A stretch of DNA of 64,000 bases. Source: Tubulanus polymorphus (lineage: Eukaryota > Animalia > Nemertea). The translations under genes and the position numbers were made by a program. The DNA lies in NCBI RefSeq assembly GCF_964204645.1, contig NC_134034.1, positions 4,047,814 through 4,111,813 on the forward strand, in the 5' to 3' direction. Under the pieces are notes generated by a model that saw only the letters and a list, made by a program, of their open reading frames with translations, did not search any database and was not told the DNA's origin. Shown here piece after piece: positions 24,137 to 35,200 of the stretch (its first letter is position 1; the number at the start of each line of letters is the position of its first letter).

Positions 24137-24971
24137 CAGGGGCGGATCCAGACCGTATTAGCCGTATTGCCCAATACGGTCTAGAATTTTTAAGTGCCCT
24201 TCGAAATTTCACCGGCAATATTTTTGACGGCATTATTTCAGCAACCGCTAATTCCGTGTCCGTAATCCGGGCATAATTATAGAATCATAAAATCGGTATA
24301 TACTGCTGCCGAGAAAGTGAGGAGAGATAGTCATATTTGTAAAGCCTTTAATCATGATAAATTAAAAAGGGCACTTTCCTTTTGCAAGGGGCACTCATGC
24401 TTTAGATGAGGGCACCTTGCCCTTGCCTTTTCATCAGGGAGGGCTAAAGGGGCACTCGTACTTTAGAAGAGGGCACTATACGCGGAAAATGTTGAGGAGA
24501 AGGGCACTTTTTTGCCTAATTTTTAAAATTTTAGGGGCACTTTTGGTTTGGAAGATGGCACACGACATAAGGATAAATGTGAAGACGAGGCAATTTTTGC
24601 CGATTGTTAACAATGAAGGGGCACTTAGCCGTATTCTGTATAATTGTTAAGGGGCACTTTTAAAGATTTTAGGGGCACTAGGCGAATTTGCGACAACCAT
24701 TCTTTCATGGGTTCGCCAGCTTCATTTTTTATCCGCATCTGTTGAAATCTTGTCTCGAATTCGTTCATTCTGGATTGCTCTGCTAGCCTGAAGCCCTCTA
24801 AAAGCCTTTAAATGGTACCATATTTTCAAAATTTTCTGCGGGTGCGCCCTCTAAGGACTTCGCGCCTTCGGCGCTCGCATTGACCTGGATACTGGGTGTG
24901 CCCTAAGATCAGAAAGGTGCCCTTAAATTTCCTTCCAATACTGTCTACCCATCCCCCTGGATCCGCCCCTG
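24137..24971 (+). mobile_element. Non-autonomous TIR element, CAGGGGCGGATCCAG termini, 5-bp TSD
   Basis: Perfect 15-bp TIR, TSD CTTCT, many internal GGGCAC repeats. Near-identical copy at 51926-52772. Confidence 0.9.
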
Positions 24972-24979
24972 CTTCTCGA

Positions 24980-26329
24980 CCATCCGCGCTTGCCAGGGGT
25001 CCAGTGTCACTCCCGAACTCGCTTCCACCATCCCCCTGGCCTCACGGAGCGTGATTTCATTACTGGCGCTGTTGCGCATGACGTCATATATCGATTTGCA
25101 AAATACTTCCTTGTTCGGTAAAACGTTCGCTGATTGGTCCATTTAACGGGAAAACAAACAGAAGTCTACTAGGACAAGGAAGGACAAATAGGCAACTTTG
25201 AACTTGAAAGAGTAAAACAAATAGATTTCCTCGGCTTGACAATACATGAAAATCTGAACTGGAAACCACATATCGACAAAATACACAAGAAAATTTCACA
25301 AATTACTGGTATCATAAACAAAACTAAAAACATCCTAGACACACAAAATTTACTTTCTCTTTACTACACCTTAGTCTATCCTCATTTGAACTATGGCTTG
25401 TTGGCTTGGGGCCACTCGCCTTATAATAAAAAATGCCTCCTAATCCAAAAGAAGATTGTTCGAATAATCACCAACTCTAAGTACACTGCACACACAGACC
25501 CACTTTTTAAAAATCTTGAAATCCTCAAAATCAATGATGTCCTCATCCTTAAAACTGCACTTTTTATTCAAAACACCATCAAATCTTCACCCCATTACTT
25601 TTCTAATTACTTCACCGCGGAAAACTTATCTCCTTTAGTCAACATCAGAAAAAGCATATATTTAGACCACGCATATTCTTTATTTTCAAAACAAACACCG
25701 CCAACCCCGCATCAAAATTCACCTCAAAACATTCTTTCAAACATCTGGCAAAAACTACCTTTTTCCAATGATATCCTACAAACAAGCAAACAAAATTTAA
25801 AACGTAAACTCAGACCATATCTCACATCCACCTACAATGATATCCATCAATGTAATAACCCTAATTGTTATAATTGCTCACTCTCCTGAACCCTCTAGCT
25901 TACTCATATAAACTCTCCTGAAATTATCAAAAATCATCAACTTTCATTTCCTTCCACTTTATTTCTTCATTTGCCTTTCGTTTTTATTCCCTGGGTGCTT
26001 GCGACAGCGGCCTAAAGGCTTTGCTTGGCCCACACTGAAAGCTACTGTTCTCTCTCGCTTTTTATAATTGTGCTTTGTTTAAAAAAATTGTAAATTTTAT
26101 TGTTTGTTTTCTCTCAACCTGTGTACATAGCCTATCATGCTTTCTGTGAAATAAATTTGAACTTGAACTTGAACTTGAACTTGAACTACTGTCGGTTTGT
26201 TACAAGCGCTGTGATTGGTACGACCGGATTCTGTTCGGCTAATAACGACTCCAACGACTCGTGAGGTCAAGGGGTTCGGGGAGAACAGCTTTAGCGTAGT
26301 GGGTTCGAATCCCTTGACGGGTGAAGATG
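24980..26329 (+). mobile_element. Family B element interrupted by a LINE
   Basis: 24980-25170 plus 26187-26329 reconstruct the 53053-53378 copy; ends GGTTCGAATCCCTTGACGGGTGAAGATG. Confidence 0.75.
25171..26186 (+). mobile_element. 5'-truncated CR1/L2-group (Crack/Daphne-like) LINE, RT C-terminal region
   Basis: FLGLTIHENLNWKPHI..LLSLYYTLVYPHLNYGLLAWG..QKKIVRII...HTDPLFKNL. 3' UTR with AATAAA and (TTGAAC)n tail; short TSD (C)TACT. Confidence 0.9.
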
Positions 26330-26399
26330 CTTCTCGACTCACCACAAAAAAATTCTGTCGGTAGCTGGGATTCGACCCACGAATACATTTCACGCACAG

Positions 26400-26623
26400 C
26401 CACGTGGAACTTTTGTTGATGCTTTGACGTCACTTGCTGAATAAGCCGCGCTGATTGGCTCGACGAGTTGTGATCGGCAAGTCGATTGGTTGATCGTGTT
26501 ACGTTGGTTACCAGAGGTGTTGTTTACAATATGGCGGACACTGTCGTCGCTGACGCGAAGAAATAAAGGCGATTATTGGCAGTAAAATAGAAACTAGGAA
26601 TCTGTCACTCTGCTTTAACCGCG
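26400..26623 (+). promoter_or_regulatory. TTLL4: Probable TTLL4 promoter and 5' UTR exon
   Basis: E-box CACGTG at 26401, CRE TGACGTCA at 26425, two ATTGG (CCAAT) boxes, YY1-type AATATGGCGG at 26528, donor GCG/GTAAGA at 26623/4. Linkage to TTLL4 is inferred. Confidence 0.55.
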
Positions 26624-26910
26624 GTAAGAGTAACACGAGAATAATCTGAGAATATTCAATTTCGCCCCGCTCGACTCAGTCGGGTATATTTTGATTTTCC
26701 ACTTAGAATGAGAAGGGAAAACGAGTAAATCATGTATGTAGGCCTGTATGCCGAAATGGATCAATTCAATTCAATCTCTTTATTATCCATCGACGATGTG
26801 GAGCTGTGTAAATTCGATGAAATAGGCTTATGAGCCAAATTTGGAAGGTTTCAAATATGTAAAATTCACATGGATTCAGCTCATTGTATAAAAAACAAAC
26901 CAATAGCCTA

Positions 26911-27410
26911 CTGTCTGTCACACCTACTCTCCGTGCGACGTTTTGGTCCGTAATTTCGTTAATAATCGGTTTATCTACCTTTATTATGCATCAATTTGTT
27001 CAGTGAGGAATTTGCATTCAGAAATAAACAACAATTTTCACTTAAGTTGTTTTTGTTTTCATTTATGAGCGATAGTTTACTCAGCATACGCTCGCGTAAT
27101 GCTGAAAAAACCGCTCCGCGGACGCTCGGAAACGTTACAGTGACGTCATCACCTGCTCATTAGCATATCAAAATACAGTAGGTGGCGCCACGTGACGGGC
27201 CATAAAAGCCGTTTTTCAGCATTACGCGAGCGTATGCTAGGTAAACTATCGCTGATAGAAGAAAACACAAACAAATTTCTGCCAGTTCATGATTTATTTC
27301 TGAATGCAAATTCCTTACTGAACAAATTGATGCATAATATTTACAGATCAACCGATTATTAACGAAATTACGGACCAAAACGTCGCACGAAGAGCATGTG
27401 TGACAGACAG
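26911..27410. mobile_element. Foldback MITE with ~200-bp TIRs, TA TSD (Tc1/mariner-like)
   Basis: TA-CTGTCTGTCACAC...GTGTGACAGACAG-TA; the arms are complementary over ~200 bp. Confidence 0.85.
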
Positions 27411-28182
27411 TAAGTGATATGTCCTGAAAAATTTCATTTTTGGCCCTGCATGCAGTTAGTTAGCCTACCTACCGTTGCCGTTGGTGGTAAGCTTTTTATG
27501 ATCGGATGGGCTTATTATACCAACTGAAAATATCCGATCGTGAAACTTAACCACAGACAGGTTACTGACTAGGCCCTGCCCTGCTTGTGCCTCTTAAGGC
27601 TTTAGAGAGCTCCCTCTCCATGCAAATCGTCCCCTCCCTCTCTACAGGGATTCGAACTTAATGTAGTAGAAGGCATTGCAATATTTTGCTACAATATGAA
27701 AGCCTTCCGTTACATACGGGACCCACTCCGCTTGAGATGTACCACATTTCGAAAACTGTTTGGCACCAAATTCACTGTCTCTGGTAGATCCCTGAAATAG
27801 GGGAACCCTGTTTAGATTACAACATAACGTATATTACTGAATTTATTAGGCCTACTGGCATCACGGCTATCTAGCCATTCTTCTGGACCCAGATCTACAG
27901 GTTGGGCTTGAATTGAAAATAGGATCATTTTCAGTGTCAAAATCTAACAACTGTAGAACTGATTGGGTCCTGAATCAAGGCCATAGGCATTATGTGTTTG
28001 GGATCGTTGGATAAGGGGAAGCCCATTTGCTGAGGGTTGAAGGCGCGAAGCTCAAGTCAATTCCACCTTCCACGTAGGCCCCTATCTGTAGACATGTTGC
28101 TTTTTTTCATAAAAAATTGCATTTTCAAAGATTTGAAATAGAGATCTCTTTTTGTTTGTATATTGTTCTGGACATGTTGTTA

Positions 28183-28844
28183 CATGGTTCCCATAGAACA
28201 GGGAAATTGGGAAAACTTGGGAATCTATATAGGCCTAAAAAATAATTCCCAGTTTAGAAATTTTTGAGAGCTCAAAAAATGTTCCTCAAATCAGGGGAAT
28301 ATTTGGGAAATTCATTTACACATTAACATTTCACAAAAAAGGTCAAATTTCATGCGTACACGTCAGGCGCGGATGTAGGGAGGGGCCCGGGCCTTCTCCC
28401 TCCTTTAAGTGAAGATTGTTTTTTATGCTTTAGTTTATCAGCAGCAGAAGAGGGGAAAGTATTTGTCACGAATTCTTGCCTCAGAATGCAGGAAATGGCC
28501 CCAAAACAGAGTTAAATTTCAAAAACTCCCGCACGGGCTAGGAATGTCTCGCGCCTACGCCGGTGTCAATACAGTATCATCATAGCTACATTTATTAGGT
28601 GGTCCCCCCCCTAAATTGGGCTCTAGATCCGCCCATGCACGTAATAAATGGATGATCCCAAGTGCTACTTTCTTCAGCATTTTCCCTCGAGAATCATCTT
28701 CATCAACCAGTCACCACTAAAATATTGACTGTAGTTTTGATGGTATCTGTTCAATTTTCCATTTGGAAAAATTTTAAAATCACCCATAGAATACTTGGGA
28801 AAATCCCGGGAATTCTTATAATTCGTGTAACTGTGGGAACCATG
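28183..28844. mobile_element. MITE (CATGGTTCCCA termini) containing a nested CAGGCGCGGAT-type element (28364-28637, TSD CACGT)
   Basis: TIR CATGGTTCCCA(T/C)AG at both ends; the nested element has a 5-bp TSD. Confidence 0.65.
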
Positions 28845-30452
28845 TTGTTTGCTTAATTAAATGCACTGATTTCGCTCTGTTTGAAAAACCCATTTTGAAA
28901 AATTTCTTTTGGTATAGGCCTACCAAATATAATATCATATATCATTTTATTTCCTGGATAATTTACATCAATATATAATGAATACAATTATAATTATAAT
29001 AATATAGAAATTATGATCATGTTTATATACATTGAGGTAAAATAACAGCAGGGGAGCCATAGATAAAGCTAAGCTTGTGAGTGTAGGCACCCTGGATATA
29101 TAGGCACCTTACCCCCGGGCTCCTTACGACCATGTGATTACCGGTTCAGACTTCTACTATTAGGCCTAGTCTATTATTACAATCTCGATTGAAGGTTGGT
29201 ATTCTATGCGCGCGTCTAATTGGATATTGGTAACTGTCACTTTTTTTGTAAAAAAAAATTATATTTTCTTTTTTCGTTTGTGCACGAAATATTCACGTAC
29301 AAAATATCAATGGCTCTTTGTGGTGGAATGCGGTGTTAACACATTCTCTAGGTCATTTCAACAAAACCTGATCCCGTGCTGGTTAATTTCTCGTTTGTTT
29401 GATTCCCCGGTACGCGGTATTTGTCTAGGTTTTATTTCATCGTCAAATAATTTTACGACGTCGGGATTTGTCAATTATAGACTTCGGAGTGCCGGTCTAG
29501 AATTTTTAATGCTTGTTCTGCGGCTAGATTAATTGAGCATGTCTTAGAGAAATACTGACATTTAATACTCCTGTTTTGCTTCCAACGTCGCAAAAGAAAT
29601 TGTGATTTTCAACAAAAAAAAATGAATACAGATATTCGAAGTGTCATTGGGCGTCATGATTACGACTAGCTATAGAAATTTAAAAACAGATTTTGATAAC
29701 GTCGGGGACTTGGTTCAGGACATGGTTTATTCATATTTACTACATTTTCAATAGGCCCCATCGTATCAGTTATGATAAAACTCTCTAGATTATTAGAATT
29801 CATTCATGAATTTGTGTAAATTGTGGATAGACTTTAATTGATCTGGTAGATCCTCACTCAAATAACGTGGCAAAACATTGCGGGGCGGAATCATAAATGC
29901 TTAGGACTAGCAGTCGGCCTTAAGGTTCGGCCTGTGAACAGCATCAAAACAACTGATGGAGAGGCGCAGTGGCCGTGTGGTTTAAGCCGCCGGTCACTGG
30001 TCTCGTCAAACGTGATTGGTGCACTTTTCAGCACGGAGCGCACGACATGGTGTTATTGCATTTTTGGACATCAAGGTACCGTTTACAGTTACTTGACAAG
30101 TCCTTCAAAATTAACTTCCGGAGCAGTCTGAGAGTTACGGTAATGTTGCATGTACTGCATACTAGTTAGTGGCTCGCCATAAGTCGAATCTTCTATTGCC
30201 ACGGTAGTTTGATGTCCTATTGCACACTAGCGACACCTGGTAGATCCTCATTTTCTGCAGTTGACTGTGGCAGGCTAATTTCATCTCTAGATTCGAAACA
30301 AATTCGAAATAAAGACACTTTTTTCACCAAATTTCTATGAAAAATTAGGTTATTATTTTTTGTGTTTTATTTACAGATGATGCTCGAAATCAGCTGACAG
30401 GCAGACGGACAGAGAAATCAGGCAGACGACGGATTGTCAAAATCTAGATACG

Positions 30453-32260
30453 ATGTCATCGTTTAACCCATACCGGGGAGCGGTGCCGACCTACGACGAT
30501 GCGACGCTCGAAAAACAACTTCCGCTCCGCGAGCAGAAAGAAAAACCCAAATTGAAGTACAGCAGCGGAGCGAGCGCTCACAGCAGCCACCCGGTGGCGC
30601 TGTTCAATCAAGCCGACATACAAGCTTTACGCGCGGGAGTCGGCATGCCGTCGCGCAACGCTCAAATCAACATCGACAGCGTTCAACACGCGACGACGTC
30701 GCCGTCCCCTCGCGCAATACACTCGTCTTACTCCTCGGCGCCGCGCGCGACCAACCCGTACAGCCACCCGGTCAATCCGCGCGAGGTCGTCGGCAACTAC
30801 TCGCACGGTCTGCTGCAGAGAAAAGATCAGATCGTCGCGAGCCGATCGTCGGGCATCTATTTGAGTAAACCTCCGCAAATCGGCACGTTTTACACCCCGC
30901 ACGCGACAACGCCCCACGGTAATGGCGCTACCGGGATTTATACAGCGGCAGCGTCAACGTCGGTACCGGGAATTCACCCAAACGCGTTCCTGCGTCCGTA
31001 CAGTTCAACCGTTAAATCACCAGGTGGCGTTGGCGTAAATCGCAACTTCGACGACAACAAATCGGAACCGGTCGGCGAGAACGTCGTCGGGACTGAATTC
31101 GAAACGGAAGACGTTGTCGGCAAACGCGACGAAACCGTCTCGGAAACCGGTCGCGTAAATAACGCGACGACCTCGACGAGTAAGCTTTCGGTGACCTTCG
31201 CCGCAGACGTGAACGTGATCGATTTAGACGCGGTCGCGAACGAGGCATCGGCGAAATCGGCTCGGAATAATCGGACAACCGCCGGCGATCAGAAACCTGT
31301 TTCGGCGGCGGCTAAACAAATGAAACCGGCGCGGGTTTCATCGGCGGACGTTATTCCGAAACCTGAGGTGAAAACGACGCCGAAAACGTTGAACGCTCGA
31401 CCTCCGACTCCGCCGCGTACGGTTATATCGTCTCCGACTCCAGCTCGGTACGCGACCGCCGCTCCGACGAGTCCGCAGTCGAGGTCGCCGTCGAAGGCGT
31501 CTTCCGCGACTCCGTCCGCCACCAAAACGTCGTCGAAGCCGACGCTATCCGAGACCGATCGGAAGCGCGAGGACAACGTTTCGAGAAAACCCGCCGCAGC
31601 GCCACGTCCGATACCGCCGGCGCCCCCTAGTGGTTCGACGGCTAAATCGGCGGCAGTCGACGCGTCGAAAGTGCGTAATCCGCGATACACGCCGACGAAG
31701 CCGTACGACGAGGTGAAAGACCCGGTCGCCGAGTCGGGTAGTTCGACGACAATCGCTACGACGGCAACCGATAGTAGCACGTCGTTATGGAGCGTCAATT
31801 CATCGGCTTCCTCGTCGACGCTTCTGTCATCGTCAGCGTCATCCTCGTTATCGATCAACGGCAAACCGCCTTTGCACGGGCAAAACGCGACGTCGCCGGG
31901 CGACGGCTCGATTCAGAAAATGCCCGTCACGAACACGATCACCGGTTATTACCGAAAAGCTACGAAATCGGAAGAGCGTTTGACGCCGACGCCTCCGCCA
32001 CCCGTCGGGGACACCGCGAAAACGCTGGTAAAAATGGATCAGGAAATTCGACGGGCTTCGCTGCCGTCGAGCGCGTCGTCGACGTCGAAGAAGTCGGTGT
32101 CAGGGCAACGGCCAAAGACGGTCGTCGTAGCGGAACAGCGGCCGTCGGCGGATGGCGCTCCGTCGCGTCATAAGAAGTCGGTCGACGAGAAGTGGGACGA
32201 GCGCGAAATCGGCGCCGATGATGTTTTAATGGCAGACGGCTCCGAGTTCTCTTCAAACGA
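30453..32260 (+). CDS. TTLL4: TTLL4 first coding exon (long S/T/P-rich disordered N-terminus)
   Basis: Acceptor TTTACAG ends at 30376, in-frame stop at 30378, ATG at 30453, donor GTAAGT at 32261, phase 2. Confidence 0.8.
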
Positions 32261-35200
32261 GTAAGTTATCTATTCAAGTTGATATTCATTGATTTCGATT
32301 CACATTTAAAACGTAGCTGCCTTCCTGCAGGGCGGCGCCACTGACCTAGAAAACTCAGGGAATTGGATAAGTATAGAAAAAATCAGGGAAAACTCAGTGA
32401 ATTCGGCAAATTTTGCAAAAATCCTGGATAACTCAGAGGCCGGTTTTACAGACTGGTATTAACTTTTTAACCCGGGGTTAACTTAATTCTTTTTCAATTT
32501 ACTTAGCCCCCCAGGTTAAAGGTAATACCTTTAACCCTTTAAAGGAAAAAGGGAATTTGGATTGTGATTGACCACACATTTCTTTATCAATACATGATTC
32601 ATAAACGATTAATAAATTCTAATATTCAAAACTGAAAAATTCCTCGGAATCACTCGGGAAATTTCGTGTTATAATTTGGAAAAATTGCTTGAAAAGAATT
32701 TGTAAATTGGCTAACCCTCATGGAGGGTTTTTTCGAATATCAGGATTTGTGTGGTATCCACAACAATTTCTGACTTGCTGAGGATAAAGCGGGCACTCAC
32801 AAGGCAACACTAACTGAACTGATTTTAAGATGAAGGACAGGAATCCCTGTTGTAGCACAATACACTTTAAACTGATGGTTCTATAATCAGGAACCTTTGT
32901 GAGTGCTCAGTTGACATAGGAATGTAGAAGTCCAGTGTAGAGGCCCTACGGTATACTGTGCGTGCGTGCCTGCGTAGTTCAGAACACAAACGTTTTATGA
33001 CAAACAGTTCTTGATTTATTTCAAATCTGACGTAAATTTCAGTCCCATAGGGCCTACAGGCTAGTAGAACATTGATAAAAAGTTGACCATCAGTCAATAA
33101 CCAGTCAATATAGTAGTTTTTTTAAAATTTGGTTTAGGCCTTATAGACTGCACTTTTGAGCTGTCACTACAAAAATATATCAATAGTTATACAATACGCA
33201 CCTGGTCGGCAAAAACCGTTGAACCATTTTGGGTTAAATACTCAAACTGCCGGTAGGCAGCGTGAACATTTGCTACCTCTATTTAGTTTTTTTGGAACCC
33301 CAAGTATTAAGTATAGAGAGGTTACACTGTACTTAACAGCCTCTGTGCACTGCCTACAATAATCAGCAAATCATGGATTCTTGAGTGATCATGGATCATG
33401 CAAGTCACTGTTTCTAGTGCAAAATTTCACCGCAATATCAAATTGATAATTTGAAATAGGATAGTGACCATAATCGCCATCGCTAGTGGCAACAGTCTCT
33501 AACGCTGAAGCGTGTTACGTTGGTGATTTACACGCGAACCACTGGATAGGCCTAAATATAATACTCTGCTGAATTAAGTCCAATTTCTATCGGTACTTAC
33601 GCGCGAAGATACAAAGCCTCTCATTACGAGCTCGAGGGCTATCGCGCTTTTAATACCGCTGAAGTAACTATTGACACTACGTCGTATAGGAGGATTATGA
33701 TTTTACAGCTCGGCATTATTGAACGTATATTATGATTGATATCTTCTGCTCGGTCCGTCGGTGAGGACCGGTGTTTAATAAAGAATCATCGCGAGAGTAA
33801 AATCCGATGATTTCGAATATACTAGTTTTGAAACTGGCTTACGAAACGTTATTTCTTTAACTGGCTGTTCGCTGATTAGAACTTTATCTTGGAATAATCG
33901 GATGACATAATCACTTAAATCAGGATACGCAGTTAGTTTTCGTCGAGAAATTTTATGCTTGCCCTCTTTTTGGAAACAACAGTAGACTTTCCAGATTCCT
34001 GATCTTGGAGAATAACTTTTTTTTCCGTTTTAAGAGCTTAGCGTACTGAAGAGATAGTTTTTCTCAGGAAAATTGACGTTTTAAGAGCTTAGTGTATGTT
34101 TGGGGTCAACCGCAAAGAGATAGTGTATTAGTTTTTCTCGAGAAAATTCACGCTCGTCAGGGAAAATGGTGGCTTTCATAACGCGTATGAAACAGATTTG
34201 ACTTCGAATATCAGATATGCCAGAAATGGCCACCGATAGGCTTGACTGACGGTAACCTTAATCAACATTCGAGCATCCGCCCCGGAGCTTGCTGCAGTTG
34301 GACACCCTTGGTTCCCGGTGATCATAGCTTCATTTGGGAAAGAAATAGAACTTCTAAGCTCGCTAAAAATTTTGTACCAATCAATGAAAGGAATTTGGAG
34401 GTGTGTGTGTGTGTGTCGTACGTTATTCCGAATCCAGTTCTGCTGACTTGAAATTTATTTTCACGGGATCGTGATTAACTTACTTCAGTTTCCACAATGA
34501 TTCGACTCAAACCGATACAACTGCTGGAAGATTCGATAGTGTAAGATTTTAAATTCTCCATGATCCTTACTTTAAGATTCAAGGTCGGTCGATCCCTCAT
34601 AGCGTTCTAGGTGAAAGGCGATTTGAGCCAAGACCAAGCTCTCGCTCTCAGACATTTGACACTTTTCCCTTCCTCCGGTCAGAATAAAGAAATGCCCATC
34701 GGTTAATTGTTTTAAATTTAATCTCAATACTTGCCTTTTTAGATTAGCTAATTTTTTAGTTTGTTTTGTCTTTATTTCTCATGTGATATTTTATGTATAT
34801 TTCTCGTGTGATATGTAAGCGTGGTGATTATTTTGTAGTTCTATATAAATAGATAAATGATAATGATAATAATCATTATTATTTTCTCCAATTTGGCAAC
34901 TTTTTTATTGTCCGCACTTCACATGGATATATTTTCAATTGAAGATTAACTACAAACACCTCTTTTATTTCTATTTTTATTTTTTTTTCAGATTTCTTTT
35001 TTTGTGTACGTGTAATTGTGTACTTGTGTGTCTGTCTGTATCTCTGTAAATAACCTTTGTTTTTTAATGAAAACTAATAAAAAAAAAAAAAAACTACAAA
35101 TGCCCTACATGACATTTTATCAGCACACTTTCATAACCTGATCGTCCACACATGTGTGTTCAGTAATTCACCTGAGACATTTTTGATCAAAAATGAACTA

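Noticed and set aside
24417-24650. Repeated 77-aa ORF (also 52206-52436)
   Set aside because: It lies within two copies of the same non-coding TIR element and has no recognisable domain.
30627-32256. Several antisense and alternate-frame ORFs
   Set aside because: Shadow ORFs of a GC-rich coding exon.
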